Counted from the stretch's first letter, positions 29,181-40,118 are shown. The stretch is DNA of 64,000 bases from Lingula anatina (GCA_051362555.1 CM120640.1:31205967-31269966), one strand, 5' to 3'. A program made the numbers and translations. The notes: generated by a model from the letters alone, not told the origin.

Positions 29181-30646
29181 AATATAATCACAGATATTTA
29201 TTATATAAGCTAATATAACGTAACGTTTATTATATTCCTTTGTTACCTGTATACACGATGTGGTGCAAACGTCACGCAAATTTATGCGACGCATCGCATT
29301 GTCCATTTGTAGTTAGAGTCCACTTTTGTATTTTGTATTTGATCTGTTTGTGCCCCTGATGAGGCCTCCGGCTGTAGGGCTGTATTAAACATGGAGAAAA
29401 CAGATCAACTTTGGTCATTTTCTTTTCTTTCTATATATATATATTTATATATGTATATATATATATGATATTCCCCTTTTCTGAGTTTCATGGACATACA
29501 CCATAGTGGAAATCTGATCGTCAGGTTTATTTAATCAAATGAGCATTTAAATGATTATGCTGACATTATGCTCTTGCATGGCATGCTGCCTGCGTCACTT
29601 TTTTTGATGGCACATTGTGACAGTCAGCCTTTTATTCAGTTCATTTTCTGATAGCATGACGAATACTTTCTTGTCTAAACAAAGGTTTCTCTATGCATCA
29701 TTGATCTTTTTACAGTATCCCTTCTTAATTATTGCATGCTTGATATTATCTTTCAATTTACACACACATACACACACACACATGTAAATTGATTTTGTCA
29801 TTTCATTTTCTCCATGTCTGAATATATATAACGAAAATCAGGAAACATTTACAGCTCATTTAATTATTCTAATTTAATATTCATGTGACCAGGTCATTAT
29901 GTCATCAGTAGAAATTTCCACTGTGTACGCTAGGTCCTGGGCCAAATTTGAATGGGGAAACGAAACTATATACGCACTAGCTGTGGTTTCACTGTCTTGC
30001 GTTTCTGAATTAATCAAAACAGGATTGGGTCATAACATCTGTGATTATATCCTCAGATGATAGGATTTCCTTACAACTTGTTTTATAAAACCCAGAGTGT
30101 ATTTCAGGTATTTTAATCCTGAAATTGAACGATTTGTATAGTCCACATGTATGGTAGATCATATTTTGTACTGAATTTGAAAACAGAAACAATAATAACG
30201 CACAATAATAATTTTTGTATTTCTCTGGTGTGTGTGCCATAGGTGATCCCTGAGATGACCACAAAACATGGCAATACTATTTTGAGAGCCTTCTTTTCCA
30301 TAATGTACACCTGCAAAACAGACTGGTATGTCTGTCCCAGATTTAAGCGCTGATCTAGTGTCCTATTCAAATACACAGCAATGTTTGGAAACACAAATTG
30401 TTTTTTAGTAAAAAGAAAAATTCATCCCCTTTCCCATGAAAGCATCCCCATTGTAATTCAACACAAATAAATATTTTAACAGACTTTCAAAGACGACAAC
30501 CCATTGTTGTTACCCAGTATCGTGAACGTGTTGATGTGTCTCTATTCTAGGTGTTTAGAATATCTCATAGCCAAAAACTGTGATCATACCGTTTTAGGTC
30601 TTTTCAGTATCGCTTTCTTCTCACATAAGCCACAGTTTATCGGCAT
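660..30646 (-). CDS. CTU1: Cytoplasmic tRNA 2-thiolation protein 1 (CTU1/Ncs6/ATPBD3). 14 coding exons: 30646-30590, 11216-11093, 8965-8847, 7333-7277, 7047-6990, 6221-6102, 5179-5130, 4181-4117, 2913-2848, 2433-2375, 2190-2131, 1778-1691, 1254-1221, 770-660. 1068 nt, 355 aa.
   Basis: Manual splicing with all GT-AG introns in phase gives [39 protein letters not shown]...GASGGKDSTVLA (PP-loop)...[14 protein letters not shown]...[16 protein letters not shown]...[20 protein letters not shown]...[42 protein letters not shown]...[25 protein letters not shown]...ALDF*. These are characteristic TtuA/Ncs6 motifs. Confidence 0.97.
3135..3357 (+). mobile_element. Short retroposed insertion (Penelope-like pLTR or retrozyme fragment) with an internal inverted repeat
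   Basis: Flanked by a 13-bp direct repeat AAACTAAAATTAA (3122-3134 and 3358-3370). Perfect 43-bp inverted repeat at 3170-3212 and 3318-3360. Contains a hammerhead core. Confidence 0.7.
3262..3311 (+). ncRNA. Minimal type I hammerhead ribozyme motif
   Basis: Stem I TTTACTCC/GGAGGTAAA; core CTGATGA at 3270-3276; stem II GTGACT-gac-AGTCAC; GAAA at 3295-3298; palindromic minimal stem III (AATATT); NUH triplet ATT ending at 3302. Confidence 0.7.
5572..5740. mobile_element. MITE with CAG...CTG termini and 5-bp TSD
   Basis: TIR CAGGCCCGTAGCCAG / CTGGCTACAGGCCTG; TSD CAGAT at 5567-5571 and 5741-5745. Confidence 0.85.
8205..8820 (-). mobile_element. Non-autonomous Helentron-like repeat (family shared with ~49930-50920 and ~1030-1130)
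   Basis: Shares blocks with 50600-50920 (ttttcccataattccttc, acaggctcttgtagtctaggaggagaag, gggactaaaaccatg.gtac.gcca...tggtggtac.aattaa). Boundaries approximate. Confidence 0.6.
9340..9562. mobile_element. PIF/Harbinger-like MITE, right portion (left portion of the same family at 57054-57165)
   Basis: Ends gacgccgtccagtgtaaagggggta, complementary to cccctttacactggacggcgtc at 57058. Shares internal sequence tacgtgccgacaac.ggcc.atcattga.cattcattctg.taccaaa. Confidence 0.7.
10659..10701. repeat. (TA)n microsatellite (others at ~29123-29175, 32942-32990, 36070-36125, 61086-61156)
   Basis: Read directly; these runs explain the YIYIYI pseudo-ORFs. Confidence 0.95.
11914..12014. mobile_element. 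MITE with CAG...CTG termini and 5-bp TSD
   Basis: TIR CAGTGGCGGATTTAG / CTGGATCCGCCCCTG; TSD GTATT on both sides. Confidence 0.85.
15087..16045 (-). mobile_element. 5'-truncated L2/CR1-group LINE 3' end (degenerate RT C-terminus, 3'UTR, (TTA)n tail)
   Basis: Minus-strand translation [17 protein letters not shown]...[35 protein letters not shown]...[11 protein letters not shown] is typical of the L2/CR1 RT C-terminus. Ends in an (AAT)n run at 15087-15130. Confidence 0.75.
18473..19046. repeat. Minisatellite of about 25 units in two interspersed variants (22-bp GGTACAATGACAAGACTAGTGT and 25-bp GGTACAATGACAAGACTAGTCAGCT)
   Basis: Tandem array read directly; it degenerates towards the right end. 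Confidence 0.95.
20700..23420 (-). mobile_element. Highly decayed LINE (RT remnants plus a possible ORF1 region)
   Basis: Only vestigial minus-strand RT-like motifs (TDGLFYEF-like at ~21630, QG..LSP-like at ~21430, YADD-like at ~21245) in colinear order, with many stops and frameshifts. Confidence 0.35.
24061..24581. mobile_element. PIF/Harbinger-like MITE with 3-bp TSD
   Basis: TIR TACTGCGTTCACACTA / TAGTGTGAATGGGGTA; TSD ACA. Related fragments at ~3728-3818 and, inverted, at ~25880-25975. Confidence 0.75.
26990..27138. mobile_element. Small foldback MITE
   Basis: Inverted arms aggggtttctcgctaaattgc..cagcttaagcggctta / taagctgcttaagttg..gcaatttaacgagaatcccct. Confidence 0.65.
28690..29420 (+). 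mobile_element. Penelope-like element (Neptune-type) 3' fragment: GIY-YIG endonuclease remnant, (TA)n, pLTR with a degenerate hammerhead
   Basis: Translation [22 protein letters not shown]...[43 protein letters not shown]...[17 protein letters not shown] matches the PLE GIY-YIG C-terminus. CTGATGA core at 29356-29362 sits inside stem TTGATCTGTTT/AAACAGATCAA. Confidence 0.8.
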
Positions 30647-31500
30647 GTTCGGTCTTATGGTCTAATGGTTATGGTCCCTGTAGTAAAATATTTGTTTACA
30701 AATGGCTTGCTTGTGTCCGCTACGAAAGCATGGTACACTGATTCATCTTTTCCAATCTCCTTACTGAAAGAGCGATTTCTGCTGCACGTCACATCGAGTA
30801 TAGGCCTACATGGAAGTAGGGGACATACTTCCATGATCGGTAATAATAATACATAAATGTATGGACCCTCCAGCCACGAGGTCCAATAAAAATAAATTTT
30901 GGCAGTGCCACAGCTGTGAGAATTGGGTTTTAGATTCATCTTAAAAGTATTTTTTTAAATAATTTTTTTTATTATAATACATTAAAATAAAATTCTAAAC
31001 ACAGGTTGTGGCAGTGCCACGGCATGTAGGCCTAAGTTTTGTAAATTCTCGTCCTCATTTCAGCTGTCATTTCAGTGTTAGAAACTCTGGAGGTAAAATG
31101 TGCCGTCATTTAGGCCTACAAAGGGTCCGACGAGGGGCATCGTTTTTGTCAGGATGTGGACATTTATAGCCTCGAGAGTTTCAAAAATGGTAAAATGAGA
31201 AAACTGAAGAATACGCGTAACTTGTTGACCAACTACCAATTAAAAAAGAAAACATAACAAATTCAATTGACTTTAAGTACACTAAATAATATATTATAAT
31301 TTAAAGGTGTCCTATACAGGATTTTCTTTCCAAATCTTATTTCCATCGGGGGGGAGGCCTATAGCTCTAGACTAATTTTGATTCGTTAAGACCACTATGA
31401 CAAGAATGGTAGTCAGTTCCCCGTTACTTTGTACAGGTGATATACGTCCCATATACTAACCCCAATACTCCGACTAACTTTTACCTGCACTAACCATAAG

Positions 31501-31550
31501 CAGGGGCGGATCCACAATTATTTGAAGGGGGGTCCGCGGATCCCCCCCCC

Positions 31551-31599
<49 letters not shown>

Positions 31600-31761
31600 C
31601 GTGAGGTTCGGGGCCTGCTGAAGGGCGAGCGGTGCCATTTGGTAGGGTTTAGAACTATGATCCAACTATTCAAACTTCTAATTTCAAGAGGAGAATATTA
31701 GTGTTACATCTTTCAGAAATCGAAAGGACCCCCCACCCCCCACCCCCCGAATCCGCCATTG
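31501..31761. mobile_element. MITE with CAG...(C/T)TG termini and 5-bp TSD; internal poly-C and (CA)n
   Basis: TIR CAGGGGCGGATCC / GAATCCGCCATTG; TSD ATAAG at 31496-31500 and 31762-31766. Confidence 0.85.
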
Positions 31762-32938
31762 ATAAGCTAGGAACCGGACGTCCATTCCCAAGAGTACCAT
31801 ATTCCTGTCACATCGGCGTGGTCTTTCTGGCATTTAAGAACGCATTGTTTACTCTATGCTTACTTGCTCTACGTTTTTGTGATTTTTTCTCTCTTAATAG
31901 AGATAATTCAGTATTCAACAAAATGTCAGTCAGCTAGCAATTGTTTTCATTCAAACTTTTTTCAGTCTGCTAAATGATATCTATTATTGCAAAGTGCAGT
32001 TTGACTTGATCTTTTATTATTTTATACTTATAATTTTATATTTAGACCAAGGCCTACAAAGTATTATCAACCGGGATCCTTCGGAAAAGGCTATTTCATT
32101 ATGCGCAGTGAGAATTGGTAACATACCAGAAGGAAAGATGTACAATGTTGGAACTAAAGCTTTTTAACTGTATGTAAGCATTTTATATAGGTTGCACTGT
32201 TTATTTTCACGAGGATAAATTTAAATTTCTTATCAAATCTTCCCTCCAAATGAGACATTCTGTTGGTCATGAATGGGCCTATCAACGATCTCTCCCATGA
32301 GCTTTCTTTTTTGAACCAAGACAAAGTAGTTAGTTATAGACGTGATTTTTGCCTCATGTACTGTGATCAATGACGCTGTTGGTAAAAAACAAAGTGTAAT
32401 TCGGCACATCTCGTATACAGACAAACAGGCATCAAACGCTTTACGCCAGGAAACATTCATCGCGCACTTAAAGATAGCATCGACCATCTCCCTCCGTGGC
32501 GCCACTCGGCCTTTTACCGCACGGTGAACCATCTGTAGGTGGTCTTGCATATTAAAAGTCCTCTTTTTTTTTCCTTGGCTTTGTGTTGTATATTTAAATC
32601 AAATATCACAAAGCACTGTCATTATTCAATATTATTAAAATACACACATACAAACATACATTACTCAATATAAATAAAATAAACTATTAAAGATACGTTT
32701 TTACGCAGCATTAAAAAGTTCAATTAAAATAAAGGTGACTTCATGACTTCATTTCCCACACGGTTTAATCCCCCTTGATCATTTTGAATGACTCACGTAC
32801 GCGACCGCACACCCAGTGGACAATGCATTTTTCCTGGTGTTATTATCGATGAGCAGCACGAAATGCAAGTTGGACAAAAGGTTTTGCATACATTATCTAT
32901 ATATTTTCGCCGAAGATAATATTTTATCGTGGCCAGTC

Positions 32939-32995
<57 letters not shown>

Positions 32996-33659
32996 ATAGA
33001 ATTAGCAAAAAGCCATTGATAATCACGATAAAACATTATCTTCGGGGAAAATTGTGAGCTACGATATATACTACAAAATACTAATTACTACGGAGGAGAA
33101 AATGCAAATGATTGTCATTTCATTTATTAATCATGCTCTCAATTGGATAATTATTTTGACCTTAAAAATGAAATAATTGTAATATATTCATTTAAATTGT
33201 ATAGTAATTTGAGCAATCAAACTTATGCAGAAAAAGAATCGATTATTTTATCCTGGACTCAGGAGTACGTGTGCGTCTATTCATTTTATTTGCGCAATTT
33301 CTATTATGATTTAGAAAAGTTTAACTTGTCTGTCCCCCATTTAGCTTTAGTTTACTAACAAAAGATGAAAGGCATCTATTAAACTCGTACTGTCAACTGC
33401 ACGATTTGATTATCAACGGATTCAAGACGGCAGGTACCTATTATTGCTACCGTAAATCTTCTTTGTAAACACAGAGCCTTCGAGATCAATTTAATATTTA
33501 CATTTTAGACTTAAATCTGATTCTTGCTTTAAATTCGACAAAGTTAGACTATTTTATACATTTAGATTCTTTTTTATACGAAATATCAGCCGTAAAATTG
33601 TGTAAGAAGTACGTCCCAAGTCACCTATTGTCACCAGTAATCAGTCTGAGGCTCTAAGT

Positions 33660-33720
33660 CCCCGCCTCCTGTCGCACGTGTGAAGGTATAAAAGGTGTTG
33701 CTGGTTGACGATTGCTCATA
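33660..33720 (+). promoter_or_regulatory. Core promoter of Olig: GC box, CACGTG E-box, TATA box
   Basis: CCCGCC at ~33661, CACGTG at 33675-33680, TATAAAAG at 33687-33694, and an Inr-like CTCATA about 30 nt downstream of the TATA box; ~290 nt upstream of the ATG. Confidence 0.7.
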
Positions 33721-33981
33721 CCCAGCCAACTCAGCCAGGTACATGTATAGTGATAGCCAGACGGACGCACTTCGATAACCTGGTGAGAGTATAGCAGAAT
33801 GTTCTACAGGGGCCTTTACATGTAATCTGAATACTGACCTATGTTAATTAAATCTAACTGGTAGAGAAAGAAGAGGAATCCGGAAAAACTGTTTAGTATC
33901 TGGCTCACTTTTCTGTGTCCTAAAATAAGATAACTGAAACAGAAAGTCGTCATCACAGACGTAATTATTACCACATTAACC

Positions 33982-34731
33982 ATGGAAGAAAACCCAATGT
34001 CTTTGAACCAGCAAAACAATACTGTCAATGAGATATCGACGGATTCGGGTCCTGGCAGTCCAGCTAGTAGCACCAGTAGCCTCACAGAGAGCTACAACAG
34101 TACATCTCCTGTCTCTGCAAATCAAGCTCTCCGAAGAGTTCGTAAAATTTCCAAGAGTCTGGCAGACAAGTGCGCTACGGAGGAGGAACTGCAGATGTTG
34201 CGCCTTAAAATCAACGGTAGAGAACGCAAACGAATGCACGATTTAAACTCTGCTTTAGACGGCTTAAGGGAGGTGATGCCATACGCTCACGGGCCTTCTG
34301 TAAGAAAACTGTCAAAAATAGCAACTTTACTGTTGGCCAGGAACTACATTCTCATGCTGAATAATTCATTGGAGGAAATGAAGAAATTGATCAGTGATGT
34401 GTACTCCTCCCAACCAAACAGGATGTCCATAGCGCATCCCGCAGTACCGCATCCTCCTCATGCTCACCTACCCCTGACCATAACCCCAGGCGCGGCATTG
34501 GCGCCCCACTCAGAACATTTCAAGACAGCCCCTGCCACCAGTATACCGTCATCTGTGTCATTACCACCGCCACCTCCTCCGTCATTGCCAGATAGGCATC
34601 ACACATCTCCGTACGGACCGTGGCACGGTATTCCTTCCGTCCCCTGTACGTGTGCACAGTGCGCCTTTGACACGGTCAGGGTTTCATATGCAACCATGCT
34701 GAATGGGAAACATCCTCTTTCAAAACCGTGA
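33982..34731 (+). CDS. Olig: Olig-family bHLH transcription factor (OLIG3-like), intronless CDS, 249 aa
   Basis: The b[57 protein letters not shown] matches OLIG1-3 rather than Beta3/BHLHE22 (LRLNINARERRRMHDLNDALDELR). Also a C-terminal PCTCAQC motif and a Ser-rich N-terminus. Confidence 0.95.
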   Translation: MEENPMSLNQQNNTVNEISTDSGPGSPASSTSSLTESYNSTSPVSANQALRRVRKISKSLADKCATEEELQMLRLKINGRERKRMHDLNSALDGLREVMPYAHGPSVRKLSKIATLLLARNYILMLNNSLEEMKKLISDVYSSQPNRMSIAHPAVPHPPHAHLPLTITPGAALAPHSEHFKTAPATSIPSSVSLPPPPPPSLPDRHHTSPYGPWHGIPSVPCTCAQCAFDTVRVSYATMLNGKHPLSKP

Positions 34732-36067
34732 AAATTCAGAGGTTTCTTGACATTTTGATGGATATTTAAAACTGATTATTTTCATAGAATGTCCAACAAT
34801 TGGACTTCAATGTCTGATTTTGTCTGATCAGAAATGTTGATGCACATCCAGGTAAACAATAGCTTTATATTCATTGCAAGGTTGAATGAAGGATGCTAAA
34901 ATCGGTAAGAACGTAGCAACTGAATGATTGAGGGAAACAATTGCCCTAAAAAAATAAGTCTTTAAAACAAACTATGCACGCTTGTTTACTATTTTATATA
35001 TACATATATAAATTTATATTTAATTACACTTTTGCAGAGCATTTTTCTCTCAAATAGATTTCTAAAATTTTAAAAACTCAAAATGAAGACATATACGACA
35101 ATTCTCAGATATTTAATTAGATGTGATGTTTTGCACATGTGATTTAAAGCTGTAGTATACCTTATTGGAATTGTGTTGGTATGTGCAAAATCTCAAATAG
35201 ATGCAAGATATAATTGTGTAATTTTCTTTTGCAAATAAATATTAATATTTAAAAAAAACGGATGTAAAATGAAATTTTGTTAGATTCCTTTTATTTTGTT
35301 TTGCGTTACGATATTATGATAGCCTCAACACAACAGTTTTATTTTTAAAAGGCGAATCGGTCCTCTATGATCATGATGATAGTGAAGGGCTGCAAGGAAA
35401 TCTTACCGTTACGGGACGAAACGTCTGAATAGCATAGGAAAGTGTAATATCATTTGTTCCTCCAGTTAGACTTTAGGGATTGAGGCTAGAAAAACGTAGA
35501 GTGTAGTTTTTTTCCGTGTAGAATTTTAAAATGTAAAATTTGACGGATTGAATTTTATAGGACTTGACAACTCAGTGTTCTCTAATACCAGGTTAGTGAA
35601 GATCTTGACTGGGTAATTGTGCAATTGTAACTCTTTTGCCCAAGGTGCTGTCCTCCTTGTTTTTACAATGAGGGCACACGACTTGCCGCCAAGCAGATTG
35701 ACCGTCAATCGGCTAAATATGAGGCAACATGCACCAATGATTTGTATGATACATTCCTTGGCAGAGCCAGAGTCAACCTTTATGAGAAAATAACAAGATT
35801 TGAAATTAATCGTGTATCGAAAGTTAAGAGGATAAGCTGCGGTATGAATACTTGCAATATTTTTATTTATCAAGATATTGACTTAGCAGTGCCCGTTAAA
35901 GATTTTATTGGTATAAAACAAAAAATGATATAAAAACTCAAGTGCAAATTTCCAATGGATTACATAACGGTGACAACGTTTTGGCACTAGTTTCGGCATT
36001 CTGGAAATTTCCATCATTTTGACTAATAGCGCATTTTATCATATTATCATTCGGATGATACAATAAA

Positions 36068-36130
<63 letters not shown>

Positions 36131-38035
36131 TGTTTTACTATAGGCTCATATTTTCTAATGCAAATCAGGAGATCAGTGCTAACACCGCTCACAGACATTC
36201 AGATGTCTTCATTTTCCCATGAAAGATTAAGCATACGCAGCGCGTCTTTCTTTCCTCAGTGAATGCTTAAGGGAGGCGCTCACCTGTAAAATAAAAACAG
36301 TTCTCTTTTTATTAATCTGACATGACAAGAGCGCGCACGCCATCTGCAGCCTCAATGGACTGTTTTGTTCAACCTATAGATGGAATTACCCAAAATTGTC
36401 GTCTGCGCTCAATTTTCCGTTCGCTTAAGTTCATTTGTTGCAATTTCAAGTTCAATTAAACAATAAAGATTTGGTTTCAGTTTCAAAACAGCATACAAAA
36501 CGATGTTTAATGCATTTGTGTCAACTTCCTTCTTTATAAAGACACATCGCCATTCCGTATCAACATAAGGGTAGGAATACTGTAAAATAAATCTTGTAAA
36601 ACCAAGATTTTCGTTTTAACTCCTCCTATGTTGACTTTGGTACGTAGGTTAATTACAAAAAATGTATGACTGGAAATGCTAAACGCTCATATCGAAGGTA
36701 GTTCAAATAAGTAAATGACTGTCAATTCATTAGAAAATGCACGTGCTATTTTTCCACCTGTTTCTTATTTTGCTCAACGTGGCTTGAAAAGGCTTTCTGC
36801 CTCTAAGCTTTAGCTCCACCCTAATGACAGGGTGCATTCAGTTCTCTCTGAAAACTGAAATGTTTGCTTATAAAAAGAATTACGTATGATTTTTAAGAAG
36901 GCTTTATAGAATCTTAATCAATTCAGCTATCTAATATATATGATTTTGTTACACCTTATATCAAGATTTGCACAATGAAAAGAAAATTGTCAGTGGCTGT
37001 GCTGTATTACCACAATCAATTTTTAATCAAAATGTTGTAAGAAGGTGAAAAAGGGTTTCGGAAAATCAGAACTTCCATAGCCACAAACGTATAAATTAAC
37101 GTACTTAGCACAGCTGTCCCGGTTTGTGTTTCTCAATAGAGAATGTCCCGATACAATCACCTCCTTTGGTCCCTTGGACCCCAAGGTTGTAATATTAAGG
37201 TGTAGGTACTTACTAAAACAGTGTGTTTTATTAACAAAAGATGCATATGAGAAGTTAGGACAAGATAATTACTTTTGTCCGTAGTGAACCTGGCACTGTT
37301 TTCCCGCGCCCCTTTCCGTTTTTTAATTATCATTCTTAAATCAAGACATATGCCTTCTCGCAGACTTTGGTCCTCTCATCTGAGTAAGACTGATCGTCCT
37401 TCCCCCCGAGGAAGTCATAAAATTTGCAACCATGCGTTCAGGGGATTGGTGTCTATTGTACAGTTAATAAAGCCCAAAGAAACCAAAAGAAGTTAATTAG
37501 GACTAAATTGACATTTTGTTTAATTTTGGCGCAATAAAAAAATTAATTGATTGCGAAACTGGTGCTTAACGTGTGCACGACCTGGCGGTAAAGGTCAGTA
37601 GCAGCACCAATTGCAGCGCATCTTTCAGTGCCCTGCTAGACGGTAGCGTCTCCTCCTTTAATCCTAGAAGATAACAGATTTATGCTCGCCATTTCTTTTT
37701 GTTACAGTAAGACATTTTCCTTTACCATCGTGATTGAGTTGAAAAAGTTTATTTCTGTTGCTGGCACCAGTTTCAACGACCCACATCATTGTCCACCAGG
37801 GGATTTTTCCCACCAAAGGTCTGGCTTAGTCAAGTTATCTTTGCACTTTATTCCTGTTCATTGTTGTATTGTAAATGTGCAAGTTCTTTAAATTTTGCCA
37901 AATGCTTGAAAAATAGATCGATACTTTAACAGAAAATATTAAGTCTGTTTACGGCCGGACTTCATCTAAGAATGGGGCTGTGATAGATGTGACAAGCTCC
38001 CCCCCCCCCGCCATTCGCGCACAGTTTTTTTTTTA

Positions 38036-38466
38036 TTATTACCTCCGACAAGGAGATTATTTTTCGTTACCGTTTGTTTGTTTATTTGTTTGTTTGTCTC
38101 TGCACTGCATAATGCAAAAAGTCATGGACGGATTTTTATGAAGCTTTCAGGAGAAATGATTAGATTACTTTCGTACTTAATTAACTAATGATGTACAGAT
38201 TTTGATGAAATTTTCAGGATAAAATGTAGATCACAAATGGTCTAAAGAAAAAAGTATTGGAAATTTGTTGATGGTTCATCAATTATTGAATTAATTAATT
38301 ATAATCGACGATTTAATTCATTTAATTTTCAGAATAGGTCAGAAATGGGCCAAAGAAAAAATTATTAGATTTTGGTGATGATTAATTAATTAATTAATTG
38401 GTTAATGAATTATTACTTAATTGTTTGTCTTGGCGGAGGTTGCGCTCTCTGAGTCCTTTTCTAGTT
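38036..38466 (+). mobile_element. Complete non-autonomous Helentron (HINE/DINE-1-like)
   Basis: 5' ttattACCTCCGACAAGG, (GTTT)n microsatellite, internal short tandem repeats, 3' subTIR CTTGGCGGAGGT, terminal hairpin, ctagtt end in T-rich context. Confidence 0.8.
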
Positions 38467-40118
38467 GTTTATGTTTTCAAGCTCTCCTCGGCTATAAACT
38501 CATCAATATAATTTGCATAATTATACTTGAGAAAATATGTTCGCGGTTTGTATTCCTTACGGTATAGAGTTTACGACCCAAGTACCATCTCTTTATGGTA
38601 TTGCGTCAGGGGATTGTGTTGCGAGGTCCAGCTAACAGACCACAGCCTCGTGGGTTTACCCCGGGCCTACGTTGCCAAGGGAGCAGTAAACGTCAGCTGA
38701 GTGATAAATGAAGATTGTACATGACAGCTTAAGCGATGTCATGCAATGCCAACCTGCTTAATAAAAATTATCACTTCGTTACCGCCTAAACACAAATATG
38801 AGAAAATCAAACAAATGAATTCACCTTAATTTGTATAAAATTGTTCAACAAATCTGTGGATGCAGACAGTCTACAAGGTGAGTCTAAAAATTAATGCTTC
38901 TGGTGTCACAAAAAAATAAATCAATTCTCGTCTATTAAAAAGATTATCTTTGTGACCCCCTCTCCCTTGGCAAAATTCTGGATCCGCCATTGCGCATTCT
39001 ACATTGAGAATGTTTAAATAAAGTATTGCTACCATTTAAATATCATAGATGCCAGCCTACTTAATTGGTGATGTCAGCGGTCATGTCATGCAGGAACCAA
39101 TAAAACGCCCTGGTCATTTGAACCAACGCGAAGTTTTTAATGTCAACTCATAATGATTGATATATGTGTGTAAGTGTGTAGTGGGATATGTTCATGTTGA
39201 ATTAAAAAGATAAAATTGTGTTAGTATGTGTATGTGCGGGTCAGAAATGTTCATGTTATAGTTATAGAGGTAACAAAATATAATTGTGAGTGCGTGTTTC
39301 TTTTTTTAGAAAAAAAGGCTGAAGCAACAACAAATTACCTGGATCTAATGACTTTCGTCTTCAACTTGAATACAACCGGCGCAAGGAAAAGAATGATCGA
39401 ATAAGGCCTACTTATGAACACGAAAATCTAAGAAAGGAACAGCATCAAACCAATCTGCTCGGGTGCGTTACTTGAATTTACGCAAGTATACTCCCACTTG
39501 AAACATATAATATTCGGTTAGAATATAATATTACCAAGGAGTTTCAACTGTTGAAACTCCTTGAATTTTACTAAAAGATTATTTATGATAGAAAACATAA
39601 GTGTACCACACATGGGACTTTTGCAAGTCAATATAAAATTTAAGATTAGAATTTTAAGTGGCACGGTAATAGTGTTAAACTTTGTTCGAAAACAATTAAT
39701 TTATTTTGACGTTGGTCAAAGAACCCCCATACCAACTTTAAAGAAACAAGATCAAGTTGAGACCACGACCATTCACGAAATGTTTTTCATCGTACTATTA
39801 TAAGGGATCCTACAGTTCATCCAGCAAGTAGCCTACCTGTCTTGTTCACATAATCTCTTTCTTTGCAGATCATACAAAAACACATATGGCTTTCACCCTT
39901 ACTTTTTTGTTCTCTCCCGAATTAAAAACAATAAAAAACACAGCGGGTGCGCTCTTCCTTATTCGTATTGCTTGCATGGTGTGTGTGTGTGTGCGTGTGT
40001 GTGTGCGTGCGTGTGTGCGTGCGTGTGTGTTTGTGTATGTGTGTGGGGGTGGTCAGGGTGATTTCCATTTTGTCAGATAATGCGAATGAGAAAACCAATA
40101 TTTTTTCTCTCCAGATAT

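Noticed and set aside
30010-30394. Overlapping 84- and 93-aa minus-strand ORFs in CTU1 intron 1 as a nested gene
   Set aside because: No recognisable domain and no consistent splice partner; cannot be supported from the sequence.
37600-37620. RE1/REST-like site CAGCACCaaTTGCAGCGC near Olig
   Set aside because: The right half-site lacks the GGAC core; the match is too weak.
38490-38770. Possible tRNA-derived SINE
   Set aside because: SINE-like feel, but no clear A/B box or TSD and no clear second copy in the window.
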